A DNA stretch of 64,000 bases from Rhina ancylostomus (taxonomy: Eukaryota). The stretch spans positions 23,602,137 to 23,666,136 of the forward strand of contig JARFYF010000118.1 in NCBI GenBank assembly GCA_030265395.1, given 5' to 3'. Positions 39,101-53,100 of the stretch are shown here, in pieces. Position 1 is the stretch's first letter. Every line of letters begins with the position of its first letter. The notes under the pieces are model-generated. The model ran no database searches. It worked only from the letters and a program-made list of their open reading frames with translations, and had not been told where the DNA came from. A program made the position numbers and the translations under genes.

Positions 39101-40077
39101 CTGGAGATCAATCGATTGGCCTCTGACATTTTACCTATCTGCACAAAATGGTAGTGCTTTGCAGACTGATAGTCGCAGTAGATTATTTTGCAGTCGTAAG
39201 CTTGTGCAATTGTGGGCAGCGAAAGGGGCTACTACAAACTTAAAGTAGAATTACAGTAACAATGCAGAACTTGCACTATGCTGACATCATAACTTTATGA
39301 CTGAACTACGGCTAGCCATTGGTCAAGAAATCAGCTTTCCAATCTACTTCATCGGAAATGATCACATTTTGTGCTGAGCAGAGGCCCGTGCAGACGTCAC
39401 TAGGTTGCAATCTACAAATTACTATTCACAACATATGCCATATGCTAGTCACGTGCCCAAAATCCACTGTGTGACATTTTATAAGTGTCCATACGTGACC
39501 ACCATCATTTGTGTGCCAATCCCACTGTGATGTTTTGACAAATGGCTCAATAATATGTTAGAAGGAAACACTGGATTGGTCAAACCACAGCTTTTGGTCA
39601 GAAGTTTCTTTGGAAAAGTTGTGTTATAAATTTTAACCATTTCCAAAAACAATGAGGCCTGATATTTCCAACAAACCACTGTGAGCATGAAGTCACTAAC
39701 TAAGATTGACTTGAATGCCTTTTTAACTTGTATGAACTGTTATTTTTCTCTGCACAGAATGTATTCATCAGAAGTACCAGGCTGGAAAAATATCAATCCT
39801 CAACAGTGTGATGGAGATGAATTAACATCACAACATCACTACATGTAGTTATTAACCCAGGAGGGATTTCAGAGATCCTGCTGCTTTAACTATGTGTTGT
39901 CAATTTCACTTACTTGAAGTAGCAAGTTCAGCAACTTCTCCAGGAGAATATTTCTTTCCCTTGTTTAAAGGACAACTAAGTTGTGCATGGCTGGGGTGTG
40001 AAGTACTTGCAATTTTAATCATTCTACATCAAATTTAGGTTATGTGCTATCACAATGTTTTCTTTTATATCTGACCA

Positions 40078-40960
40078 TACAAATTAGAGTAGGACCAGGC
40101 CACTTAACTCCTCAAACCTGCTCCATCATGTGATAAGATCACATCTGCAACCTCAACTCTGCATTCTTGCTGACATCCAGTAACCTTTCACCACTTGCTT
40201 AATCAAGAATCTATCTAATTCCGTCTTAAAAATATTCCTACTCTGCCTCCACTATACTTCTTCAGGAAGAGAGGTCCAACAATTCTCAACATTAACAGAG
40301 AAAAAAAATCTCATCTCTCTCTCCCTCTCTCTCTGTGATCCCACTCTTATTTTTTTATATATATAAACAGTAACAGTAAACAGTAATCCCTAGTTCTAGA
40401 TTCACCCACAGGAAAAAATTATTTCTTGCATTCACCCTGTCCACAACCTTCAGGATCTTGTATGTTTCAATCTAGTCTCCCTCATATTCGTCTAAACTTT
40501 AGCAAATATAAACCTTGTCTGCCTGATCTTTTCTCATGAGATAACTAGATAAGCATATGGAGGAATTTAAAATAGAAGGATATGTGGGAGGAAAGGGTTA
40601 GATAGTCTTAGGCTAGGTTTAAAGATCGGCACGACATTGTGGACCGAAGGACCTGTATTGTGCTGTACTGTTCTATGTTCTATAACCTATCTATTCCAGT
40701 TGTGAATCTGGTAAATCTTCTCTGAAACATTTCCAATGCATTTACATCCTTCCTTAAACAAGAGACCAATATTGTACATGGTACTCCAGGTGAAGTCTTA
40801 CCCAATATAACTGAAGCATAACATCCTCCATATTTTTGTATTCGCTTCCCCGAGTAATAAACAATAATTTTCTCTGAGCTTTCTTAATTACTTGCTGCCA
40901 TCTGCAAACTGGCATTTTATTAATGTGTTCTAGATCATACTGCATCTCAGAGCTCTGCAA
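40078..40960 (-). mobile_element. CR1 fragment with a nested younger CR1 tail at 40546-40681 (+)
   Basis: VMLQLYWVRLHLEYHVQYWS peptide. The nested tail is flanked by ataac at 40541-40545 and 40682-40686. Confidence 0.8.
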
Positions 40961-40979
40961 ATGCAAGTCAAAGTAAAAA

Positions 40980-41780
40980 GCATGCATTCATATGGCATAT
41001 TTTACATTTTCAGGCTTCCCCAAATCCTCTGCATAATCAATAAATCATCCATTGAAATGTGATCACTGGCACAATGCAGGAGACATCACTACAAATTNNN
41101 NNNNNNNTTAATATGCAACCTAAATTAATAAGTAACCTACCATAGCTAAAGGCAATTATTGGTCTAAAACCTGGGAGAACATTTCTAATCTTCTTCAAAG
41201 AGAGCTCTGGGATCTTTTAATCCTTTTGTTTCATTTAAATGAATTTCATTTTAACCACAAAAAAAATTTGAACTAAAGGTACATGTTTTAATATAGCTCA
41301 GTTGGTAGCCCTTGCAATAAAAGCCAAATTATTGAGCCGTGACCTTGAACGTTAAATCACAATTGCAATTGACAATTTGGTCCAGTATTGATTATGGGTT
41401 TACTGGAAAAACTGCTGCTTTTATGAAATTTTGTTCAAAGTTTGCATATCTATACCTCTTTAAATTACCTTATAAAATCCCTAATGCCTTACAACCAATT
41501 AATTACTTTTGAAACTTAATTATTATGTGGGAAATTGCAAAGCCAATTTGAACTCAGTCAGTTCCCACATAATTTTGGATGCTGGTTGAGAGATAAACAT
41601 CATAGAAAGCTTCAGGACAAACTCTCATGCTCTTTCTCAAAAGTGGAATGTGAGATATAAACCTCAGATTGAAAATCACTCTTTCAGTAATGCACCACAG
41701 TCTATGAAATGAGATTTCAAATCACAACCTTCTGTCTAAGAGGTTAGAAGGGAATTATTGAAGCAAGGCTGGGTCTTAAC
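40980..41780 (-). mobile_element. Two degenerate DeuSINE remnants (~40980-41230 and ~41450-41780)
   Basis: tcttcttcaaagagagctctgggatctttt and gatgctggttgagagataaacatc...tgctctttctcaaaagtg. Confidence 0.5.
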
Positions 41781-42684
41781 TCAATTTGAAGAATCAATTG
41801 TTTCTCAGTCTTGCTCCCAAAATCATTCACATCAGGTACAAATTTTGGAAATCAATGCAAAACTACATTATTGCTTAAATTAACTGAATGTAAATGGAAT
41901 TTTATTAACTCCTCGAAAAATAATTTGAGTTTGTATTTTCACCAATTACACGTACTGTCAGACTACTTAACCAGTTGCCCCTTAGAATAGATTACGTCTG
42001 CGGTATTTGTGTTTCGAAGTGAGTGAGGAGAAGCCGACAATCTCTTAAACAGTACATTTATGTGCTGAAACTACCAAAGTCGTCTGTCTTAACTGAGTAG
42101 ATTCTGCTGGTGTTCACCTTTGTGGGGTGCAAANNNNNNNNNNNNNNAACAAAAAGCTCAAGCAGTCAAATTCTTGTGGAAAATGTGCAGTAAGGATGTA
42201 TACTTGCTTTCCAAAGCAGTTAACTTCTGTTTTAAAGGAACCCCAGACAGAACTGCCTACCGATTCAGGAAAAGGGGTAACAACCAGTCAGCTTATCTGA
42301 AACTGTTTCAACATCTAGTGAAAAAAACCACAAGGAACACACTGTTTCTTATCAGCAAATAGCTAAAAGTTGTTTGAATCTTTTTACTATCTGGTTACTT
42401 TTCACTTCAGCGAGTTCAATACTATATTATGCTTTGGACGATCCTTGGGTGCGCACAATACCACTGCAACCATTCTGGTCACGTTCCTAAAATGGTTCAA
42501 TCATCTTGCTAAATGGACTCCAGCATTGATACCTTGATAGTATGCTTAGAAATAGAATTCTAGCTAATAAGAACATCCCTGGATCCTGGGGTGATCATTA
42601 TTGCTTCCAGTGCTTAAATTAAGATATCTTTCAATTTTTTAATTACAAAATTGGTATAAATCCAGTAAGAGACTACAAATTAAT

Positions 42685-43030
42685 GGTCACAGAGTGCAGA
42701 AATAGGCCCTATCGCCCACCATGTCTGGCTCTGGCCATCAAGCATCCATTTAACTTCTATTTTTTTCTATGTATTATACTCTATAAAATTCCATTTTATT
42801 CTCCCCACATTGCATCAACTCTACCCAGATTCTACCACTCACCTGCATACTAGGGGCAATTTACAGTAGCCAACTTCCCTACTGACTCTTATGTTTTTAG
42901 GACATGGGAGGAAACCAGATCATTGGGAAGAAGCCCAGATAGTCACCGGCAGAATATATAAGCTCCACAGAGACAAATTCAGAGGTCAGGATTGAATCCA
43001 GGTCACAGGTACTATGAGGCAGCAGCTCTA
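42685..43030 (-). mobile_element. HE1-type V-SINE
   Basis: taggggcaatttacagtagccaa...gggaggaaaccag...aagctccacagagac...aggattgaatccaggtcac. Confidence 0.75.
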
Positions 43031-43129
43031 NNNNNNNNNNNNNNNNNNNNNNNNNNNNNNNNNNNNNNNNNNNCCAGTTCAGGCTGTTAACTTGCAGGAT
43101 ATCCAAACAAATGGCAATTTATTAAATTT

Positions 43130-44150
43130 ATTAAAAGGAATAGGGTATTTAGTCCCATGAGTCAATTTCACCATTCAGAAATCAGATCCAACCCAATGTA
43201 GCTGACTTTGCTCCAAAAGATTTGAATCCAAGAAATCAATTAAAATAATTATACTAGCATCATATGCCATTTGAGGAAGAAATATACCTTAACTTTCCAT
43301 TACATGCAAGAATATTTGCTAACTTTTTAGATAATGATCATCTAGTCTTCAATTTTCCAACAAGGAAAAATAGCTTCTTGTCATCTATCCAATCAGTTCC
43401 CATTGATCTCTCAAAACCTTTGTTCAAATCAACCCCTATTCTTTTAAAATCTAGGAAATCCAACCACAGTTTTATGTATCTTCTCCTTGTATTTATCCTC
43501 AGGTGTCCAGGTTAATCCACACTGCATATGCTCCAAGACTCATAAAATATGCTGGTATGTCTTCTAATTTTGGATCTAAAGACCAGATTTCATAAACTAT
43601 CTAGACAACCTATCTATGCCTCTATATTATCATGCTTCCTTCTACATTGTTTACAATGTCACCCATTTTTGTATCATCAGCAAACTTGGATATAGGACTT
43701 TCTATTCAGTCATCTGAGTTGTTAATAAATAGTGAACAGTTGAAAGCCTTACACAGATCCCAATGGATCACCAATAGTCTTATCTTACCAATTAGAGTAC
43801 CTGCTTATTATCCTTTCTCATTTCCTGCTGCTTCACCAATTTCCTAATCAGGTCAATAAACTGTGCTGAACTCTGAGAGTTCAGCTTTAACTAATAGCTT
43901 TTTATACAGAATTTTACTGAGTGCCTTCTGAAAGTCCAAATAAATAACACCCATAGTTCCCAGACTACTACTGAAATTACCTTTAAAATAAAAATCATCG
44001 GACAAGGCCCATCTTTCACAAATCCAAATTGCTTCTCTGAGATCAGTTGAAAACTTTTGAGATGTTCACCCACCCCATCCTCAATTAGTTTTTGCTAATT
44101 TCCCAGCCACAGATGTTAGGCTGAACAAGTTCCCTTGTTTCCCCTTCTTC
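43130..44150 (-). mobile_element. Old CR1 RT fragment
   Basis: LISEKQFGFVKD peptide and tttgtatcatcagcaaactt (reverse of KFADDTK). Confidence 0.75.
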
Positions 44151-44279
44151 TATTTTCAAGTAGCAGGATAGTATTCATCCTATTACAAATGTAACTTTTT
44201 TTTCTATATTCGTTTTTATAAGTCTTCTATAGTTGTAAAAATGACAGGTACTGGAAAAGTTGACAGGTAGCAGCTTGCC

Positions 44280-44550
44280 GACAATGTAAAACCACAAAGA
44301 TCTATCCCAGTGGTATTCTATATTTTATGGTGAGAGCTATTCCAATCTTGCTTTGAATAGAGATAAGGGAAAAGTTGGAAAGTGTTAAGAATAGAAAGAA
44401 ATGCTGAGGAATGGCACAGATCTGAGTCTCTCTGTATTGCACTGAACTGCTAACTCGATTTTTGTGCTTAGGACTCTGAAGTGTGATCTAAGCCCTCAAA
44501 ATTCCAACCAGGAAGCATGTCTACTATCAACTAATCCATAACTGACAGCC
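44280..44550 (-). mobile_element. DeuSINE remnant
   Basis: tattgcactgaactgctaactcgatttttgtgcttaggactctgaagtgtg. Confidence 0.45.
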
Positions 44551-44882
44551 TTAAAGTAGTCTGGTTTTCAATGCAATCATATGAGAAACACAGACTTGTA
44601 AAAATTCCAACCTAACAATCCAGTATGAACAGTAGAAATTATATATACAATGAGTGTATCCTGAACAAATATGTACATATGGAAATATATACTTTCAGAA
44701 TGAATTCCATGTACTTCGCTGAGGAACGATGGCTCTTTCTCTTGGAATAGAAATTTCTGCATCTTACTGGCTCATTTACAACAGAACACATATAGAACTA
44801 GGGATTTCCTTTGTCAACACAGTTGAATGTTAGATCAGATTTTATATTTTACAAAATTTGACTAAATGCATAAAGATTTCTG

Positions 44883-45083
44883 GAACAAGAAACAATCTGC
44901 TGGATGAACTCAGTGGGTTGAGCAACATCTGTAGGGGGAAAGGAAGTGTCAACATTTTGGGTCAAAACCCTGCATCAGGACTGTTAACAATTCCCTTTCC
45001 CCAATAGATGCTACTCGACCTTGAGCTCCTGCAGCAGGTTGTTTGTTGCTTGAGATTCTAGCATCTGCAGTCTCATATCTCTG
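44883..45083. mobile_element. Complete palindromic Penelope-derived element (~200 bp)
   Basis: Inverted arms and a 12-bp TSD taaagatttctg at 44871-44882 and 45084-45095. Decayed minus-strand hammerhead agtcctgatgcagggttttgacccaaaatgttgac. Confidence 0.85.
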
Positions 45084-46539
45084 TAAAGATTTCTGATCTG
45101 TAAATAGTTATTGTGTTCAAAGACATAACAATGTTAAGCTCAACACCAGGACAGGAGACGATGAGCTTTACAACTTTTTACCTTGTTATGGAATGTCACC
45201 AAATATAAGCTGCCCTCCAAGTCAAATAATATCCAATAATGACCACTCCCCTAAATACTGAAACTCCTTATCTAACAGCATTGTGGGAGTGACTTATAAC
45301 AAGGAGAGCAGAAGTTTAGATAAATGGCTTACCGCACATTCCAAGGGTAATTAGGGATGAGCATTAAATTGCATCGTTTGAAAGAATTTTAAAAAATGAC
45401 ACCGATCCACATATTGATCAAAGATAATGATCAGTTTGGTTAGAGGTAGCTTTTAAAGAGCATCTTTAATGCTGGACTGATTAAATTCAGGGATGATCAA
45501 GAACTAAGGTTGGGGTAGAGTTTGCAAATAGAGTTTGACAAGGACTGAAGGCAGTAGCTTACAATGTGCAGAGGCTCCTCGAGTCATTCAAACTAATAGG
45601 GAGAGGGCATCACACCACCACCCCATTACCTTACCCTATTTCCTCTTCACTCAGAAAATGCTCTTTCCTTGCCTGAATTACTCCTTATTTATCTCCTGAT
45701 CCAGGTAAAGATGTCACTGGTGTCAGTCATAATTAGATGTAACTGTGTCAAAAATACACAAAACTCAGAGCAGTTATCTATTTTTTGTCCATAAAGGAAT
45801 TTACAAATGGAAGTGAAACTGATGATTGAAAAGCATCTTGCAATCTGTAAACTTCCCTCACCAATAGCAATTAACTTATAACAGTTCTAATAACCACTTT
45901 GCTGTGCTCAATAGCCACATGTGGCCCAAAACAATAGATTGGACACACTGGTTAAGACTATAATCTGGCAATACCTCTTCAGTCACATGTACATCTCTTA
46001 TTTACTAGCTTGCTTTGACCTTTGTGGACCTAGAGTTTTAAGAAGTGCTGATCTCAAAACTTCAGAACAATAAAATCTATTGGCTGTAGCAGTTTGAATT
46101 ATACTGTGAAAATGGATTTAAATTTTATGTGTGGCCCTGAAACTTCAAAGTATGCACCCAACCAAAAACAAATATTTCGATTACCCTACCTTAAAGGGAC
46201 TGATCAGAGTACCAGTGAATAATAATCACATTCATGCTCCAAGAAGCATATGTTCTCCTTAGTTACAACCTAGAAGCTCAAATATTTCAAAATGAATCTC
46301 CCAGTCTATGATAAACCCAACTGGATAGCCTTTTTGTAAGGTCTTCATGTAGGGCACTTAATTAATTGAGGAACAAAATGTTAAACTGAGAACAAAATAT
46401 CAAAAATAATTAGATAAGGGTAAACATGCTAGGAGATAATATACCTTCAAAATGAATTCCACTTTAAAAATGGTTTCAGCTCTGCTTTTTCATCTACTTC
46501 ATACAATTATGACAGAAGAAAAGTGATCTCAATTTAAGA

Positions 46540-46850
46540 TTCTCAGGGGATTTGACATAGGAGATGCTGAGAGGGTGTTCCAACCCATCCCAGGGGAAAC
46601 CAGAACCAGAGGGCATTGCCTAAGAATAAGGAGTCATCCATGCAAGACAAAAATGAGGGAGAATTTTTCCTTTTAAAAAGGATTGTGGAATTTTGGAATT
46701 CTCTACTCCAAAGAGCGGTTGATCGACAAATAGATTTGAGACTGAATATTTTGTCAACAGGCAAATCACTTTATGGGGATCAGGCAGGAAAATGACCATG
46801 ATCTTATTGAATGGTAGTGCAAGGTTAAGAGGACAAATGGCCTACTCTTA
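46540..46850 (+). mobile_element. CR1 3' end
   Basis: ctcaggggatttgacatagg...ccatgatcttattgaatggtagtgcaagg...atggcctactc. Confidence 0.8.
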
Positions 46851-48280
46851 ATTAAAAATAAAACAAGAGGCAAGGAATCATCGCCTTAGCTATAAGCCTC
46901 ACTGAAGGAAGTTCCAAAGTTTAGCATTAAAACCTAATTTTAAAACTTTAAAAATAAGTAAAATGGCAACACTGATTCAGGATCTTCAGGAGGGTATAAT
47001 GGGTGGCTGATTCAACATTGCCCATTGTGCACCATCATTCAAAGCAAAATTATTCTAACATGCACAAGGAAGGTAGTTTTTACCCTACTGACCACACATT
47101 TCACTCTCTTCTGTGCCATGCCCAATGGTATGAAATAGAGCCAGATTTGTGCCATAAATTATTGCCTGTTATGAACTTCACTGAGGACATTCCAATTTAT
47201 TTAATACTGAGCAAACATCTCATCAGTCTAGGCTGAGTTTGATTCTAAAGTCATAAAGATGACAAGCTGGTGCACCTCCAGTTTTTTTAAAAATCCATTC
47301 TCAGCTGATATAACATCATCTTATAGAATGTAATGTTTTTAATTACCCAATTGTGGGATACTGATTAGGCTTAGTTTAACTGAAAAAGGCACAATTTATT
47401 GTGCAAGAGAACATTAATGTTGAAAAGTGATTCGGGTGACGTTTAAGTATTAACAACTGTTGGCTTAATATCCTTAACTTTGTGATCAGTAGCAAAGCAA
47501 CAGTGCTAGCCATGATCTTGCAGAAAGCTGCCCATACAGATTTACTAATCTCTGAGGCACAGATTCCAACACTCCTGACGACTTAGTTTGTTGTCAGGTG
47601 TCTGTTTCAAGGGATTACTGATATCCAGCAGCAGTGTTGTTGTCTATCTGGCTAAACAAATTATGTCAAAGAATTCTCAAAGATAATAAACTATTAAATA
47701 CATTCTTTTACTTTCTAAACAATTCACAATATGCAGAATCAACATACACAAGATTTAGAAAATGAAACATTAACAGTTAAAACAAAATTAATTTCAAAAT
47801 TTAAAATATTTAATCTTAATAGATGGCAATCCACACAAATTAATTATTTCCTGGGCCAGAGCAATAGTTAAGCAGTAATAATAGCTCAATGCATAATTAA
47901 AAGCTCACTCATATGGTAGCAAAGCAGAGCATTTTCAGGGTATTTTACAGAGGGAATAGTTCATAAATAACTGAAGCTTTTGTCAGTTCAGTGCATTCTG
48001 AAGTTTACACTGAAGACTAAAACAATGTGTCTAACAGAGATCTGGAAATCACTGACAGCAAAGGAAATCAATGACAAATTCTAGATTTCCATGTTTAACT
48101 AAGCATGTAGACATTCCAAAAGTAAATAATTTTCCTCCTTTATAACAGTGGATGCTGACTGCTCCAACCTTATTTTTCAGAGCACATTCCAGACTAATGA
48201 ATTTGAAGACTGTACATTGAAGGCAACATTAGGTCAATGACCTAAAATATTTAATCTGTTATCCTGACCAGCTAAGTATT

Positions 48281-48539
48281 TACAGTGGAGACACAAAAGA
48301 TGGCAAATGCTAGAATCTTGAGCAAAACACAGAAGACAGCGGTTGAGGCAGCATCTATGGAGGGAAATGAACAGTCAATGTTTCGGGTCAAGACTCTTCG
48401 TCTAGACTCCTTTATAACAATGGATGCTGACTGCCCCACCCTTATTTCATCGAGTGCATAGGATAACCCAGATAGGGTCTCAACCTAAAACACAGATGCT
48501 GCCTGATCTGCTTGAGTTCTTCCAGCATTTTGTGTGAGT
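48281..48539. mobile_element. Palindromic Penelope-derived element with captured local sequence in its loop
   Basis: Inverted arms and an 8-bp TSD taagtatt at 48273-48280 and 48540-48547. Loop 48407-48447 copies 48135-48175. Confidence 0.85.
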
Positions 48540-49334
48540 TAAGTATTGGCAATTTTTGCTCTTTTTGATATTTAATTTAAATTCCCCTTTCCCCTTCACT
48601 TTAGCTTTCTCAGTTAAACTAGAGCCAAGCAGTATCCCACCATTGGATAATTAGAAAAAACATTTCATTCTACAAGATGATACCGTATCAGTTGAGAATA
48701 AATATATAAAAAACTGGCGATGCACCAGCTTATCATCTTTATGACTTAAAATCAAACACATCATGAAAAACTATTTTTCATTCTATTGAAATTCAAGTCT
48801 CTACATCAATAGGCCAGAGAGCAGCTCTTTGGCCACTGGGAAGAAGCAATTTAGGAGGACCCTTGTAATGCTGGAAAGGAAGGTAACCCCTCTATAATTA
48901 TCACTATAGTAACTAATATAATATCCTATATCACAGTTTCTAATATTGTAATAGAAGCCATTTGGCCCTTCAAATCTATGCCAGATCTCAGAGAAATTTC
49001 TTTCCCCAACTTATTTCCTAATAATCTATTTTATTTCACNNNNNNNNNNNNNNNNNNNNNNNNNNNNNNNNNNNNNNNNNNNNNNNNNNNNNNNNNNNNN
49101 NNNNNNNNNNNNNNNNNNNNNNNNNNNNNNNNNNNNNNNNNNNNNNNNNNNNNNNNNNNNNNNNNNNNNNNNNNNNNNNNNNNNNNNNNNNNNNNNNNNN
49201 NNNNNNNNNNNNNNNNNNNNNNNNNNNNNNNNNNNNNNNNNNNNNNNNNNNNNNNNNNNNNNNNNNNNNNNNNNNNNNNNNNNNNNNNNNNNNNNNNNNN
49301 NNNNNNNNNNNNNNNNNNNNNNNNNNNNNNNNNN

Positions 49335-50140
49335 GACGAGGGAAATGATGCTGCGACTTTATGACAGAAGTTCTTTTCTGCCTAATTCTAGAACTTGAGG
49401 AAAAATACCATCTGCTCCAGAGGCCTTGTTTCTCAGTTTCATGCAACTCTTGCATCTTTTTATTGTTCTAGAGTGATTGATAGTGTTCTGTGGACTGGTC
49501 AAGGAATTCTTCAAAGTGCTCTTTCCAGTGAGCACTGCCTGCATCTGACCTTGCTGAGGTTTTTGCTTCTCAGCAAGTTGGGCTCTTGGGTATTTGGACT
49601 ATAGATAATCTTGACCACAGTGAAGAGTCTATGCATGCTGTGGTTATCAGCTAGTTGCTTGATCTCCCATGCATGTTCTACCCATCATCTGTTTTTTTAG
49701 TTTATGAGATTTTTTGATGGAAATCAGCCTTCAAGTGCATGGAGAGCATATTTTCCCCCCTCTGAGATGCCATGGAATTTCTAATCCAAGAATGTCTTGC
49801 TTTTGCTTTTAATTACTCCCTGGATCTTCTGGTTATTCTCATCAAAATATACTGATATTCTTTGATCAGAAAGTCAAGAGTCACTCCACAGGTGTTAATT
49901 ATAGTCAAGTTCAGAGCAGCCCTGGCACTTTGGGCATTGCGACAAGTGCTGCCAGGAGTTGTCAGATGGTCTGTGAGGGACATACTGAGACGTGCTTTCT
50001 TTGCTGGTCCTTATTTCATTTTTGCTGTCCTGGAAACAAAATCTATTTTTAAATTATTTACGTGCGGGGAGGAGTACAAGTGGAAGAGCTGGGGAATCTG
50101 CATGGAGTTAGTACATACTGAAAGAGCACTGACAAGTTAA
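49335..50140 (-). mobile_element. Degenerate RTE-clade LINE ORF fragment
   Basis: Minus-strand remnants YFDENNQKIQ, EIKQLADNH, WKEHFEEFL and RNKASGADGIFPQVLELG. Confidence 0.75.
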
Positions 50141-53100
50141 AGCAGCTCAGGATTAATTTCACTGGCAAATGGACAAGCCATGTCTTGTGCTGAACATCAG
50201 AATGCCCCATCAATCTCTCTAGCTGAATCCCTTTCTATTGCTTATGTTCAGAGTCCATTTCCAGCTCATTACTTCACCCACCTCCAGTCCTTTATTTACC
50301 AGCTGTACCTCCATCAGGCACTGCAGTAAGTACATTTAACCAACAGATGAACTGCCAGTCACTATCTTTCAATGCCTAACTGATAGTTTAATGCAAAATG
50401 TCAGTTTCCTGTTGCAAAATCAACATATTTAAATAATTGAAGTTTTAAATGTGTCTCTTGATTTTCAAGATCAGAAAACAGCAAAAATGTACAACAGCAA
50501 GACATTTGACAGATAAAGGCAGGCAATTTGTTTACGCTCCTTCTGTAGAATGGTTTAGATATGTCAACAGAACTAATCCACAATACATCAAGAAAACCAG
50601 TTTTCATTCTATTTTATAATCTCTACTCACATATTAGAAGCATGGCTTTCAAAGAGGGGTGAGATGGAACAAATAGGACAACTGAGTATGTTGTGAAGAG
50701 AACACTGAATGCATCATTGAAGGTAGGTAGGTTTCTTTTTAAAAGAAAAAGAGAAACATATTTATGGTTTGGAGAGGAAAGGTTGGGCTTAAGATGCTGT
50801 AAAATGACACTCGGTGATGGAAGTTTGTAATCCAAACTAGTCTACAGTATTTCAAGACACTGAGACAGCCTGGCTCTGTAACAAATTCAGGAAAAGTAGA
50901 CCTTCCAAAGGTGCTGTGATTCTGCTAGTAGTGAACTGCAGAAATCTGCAGAGATGCTATAAATATGTACTGTGCTGTCATATCATCTAAAGCAATGGTT
51001 ACAAAGGGAATGAGCACCACTAGCTAAGTTAAAGGTAAGGGAGGTAGAATCAAATTGTTTTCAACACTGATCAACATGTTGGCATCCCAAGTGGACACAG
51101 GATAGGAATGATACAAAAATCAGATATATAATAATTGGAAAATCTAACCACAATCTAGGATTACACATGCAGGGAAGACGCTTTGGAGTATAATTAAATG
51201 ATATTTATAGAGCTATACCTGTGGGTGAGGGGAAATTATCAGATGAGGAATCATTTAACTGATATTATACAAATCCATCTGGTAATACAATTATATGAAA
51301 ACTATAAATGGAAATCCATCCATTTTCAGTCAGTCCATGTTGACGTGCAATCTTTCAATCAAGATTCCGCCCCAAATGCATATGACTGCTCTTGTCCAAT
51401 ATCCCTTTAATTCAACTTTCCAATTTATTCTTAAGGCTAGACGTGGTCTTGTATTAACTTGCAGTGTCAATTCTGTGTAATTAAAAGAAGTTCTTCTGTT
51501 GTGTAACAAAATCTTACAAATAGGTCTCCTCATTCTAGACCCTTCAATCTACAGAAATACCATCTTATTTTATTCCATTCAGTCGCAATTTTTAAGTAAT
51601 CTGTTCCACTCAAATGAAATATTCTGAATTCCTTTTGCTTTTCTTGGAAGATGTTTTTCTGCACACCTGTTAGCAACTCAGCGATATGCTGTGCAATCTC
51701 TCTATTATCACAATATCCTCTTGGTAGTTTGGATGCCGAAACTATCCACACTCCTGTTCTTTCTCCCCCATATGGGTTTATCATTTCATCCTGCATTTTC
51801 ATTCTCAACAACTTCCTGAGGGTACAAATTAAAAGTTGGACACATGGGTAAAAAAAAAATCAAATAATCTAATCTCAACTATAACAACAAAAGCATGCAA
51901 CTTGCCTCAACAATCTTATATTAAGTAGAAAACAGGAAAAAGCAAGTTTTTCCTTTTACTGTTTAGCAATCCTCACACTGGATTCTCACAGATTTGAATA
52001 AGCTTTCAGGAAGGGAGTGGAATCAGCTACTATGTTACCTACTGTCCAACAATCAGCCAATACTCAATGTTCAGTTTCATACATTAGAAATATAGTCATT
52101 TTGGAGAGCAACTCATGGGCCCTTGGCATCTTACTCCAAAGGGAAGGCTATGACATCGAGTGGAGGAAAAAAAATTAGTGAAAATACATCAAGTAAACAA
52201 AAACACAATATCCTTACAATATTGCTGAAAAGTAGTTTTTATAATAAACTGTGTGCTGCCAGCTCCACCTAAAGGACTATGATGGAATATGGAGCAGCGA
52301 AAAAACCTCTGGCTTCACAATAAATGTCCAGAAATTCACTGTTTCCTGACTGGTATGAAAGAATATATCCTTGAATTAGTGAAAAAAACTAAAAACAATT
52401 ACTTTATTTTCTTACTGCAGAAATCATGTATTTTCAGGCTTTCTTCTGGAGAAATATTAAAAGACCAAATATTTTAAACATGTGTAATATTAAGTTGTTT
52501 AGCTGCAGGTCATCTTCTTTTGACAACTCAAACATATTAGTAGTAGTAGTGCTCTATTAAGAGATTAATAAAGATTTGATTACAGAAGTTTGCCTATAAT
52601 TTTGATTAAGGCTGCCCTATTGTCTTGCTTCTGTACTTTCCTTCGCTCATATATGACATTTGCATAGTGTTTTGACAAACAGCTCAATTCATCACCAGAT
52701 TAATCACGTGAAACCCTCTGTGCCTGAAACTGCCCTATGCAACACTGGCTGACATTTAAGAACACTAGAAGACAAAAAAAAATCATCACCCATATTTAGG
52801 GATAGTTGAAATTTGTTGAAACTTCTACAATCCAATAAACCAAATGCAGCTAAATAAAGAGACCACTAAACATATTTGCAAATTATTCTGGGGAAACAAA
52901 TCCTGGAATTTGTTTCCTTTACTAAATTAGGAGCAAAGTAAGTGCATGATCACATGGGTTCAAAATAAAAGCCAAACATCACCCTTTGAAGTATAGCCCA
53001 CAGTTCAACTGCATCATGTTCATCTCTGGGTCAAAAGGATGTTTTGGAGTTATTGTCTTTTGCTTTGACAACCACAACTATGGCCAAAGTGTGAAAAGAA

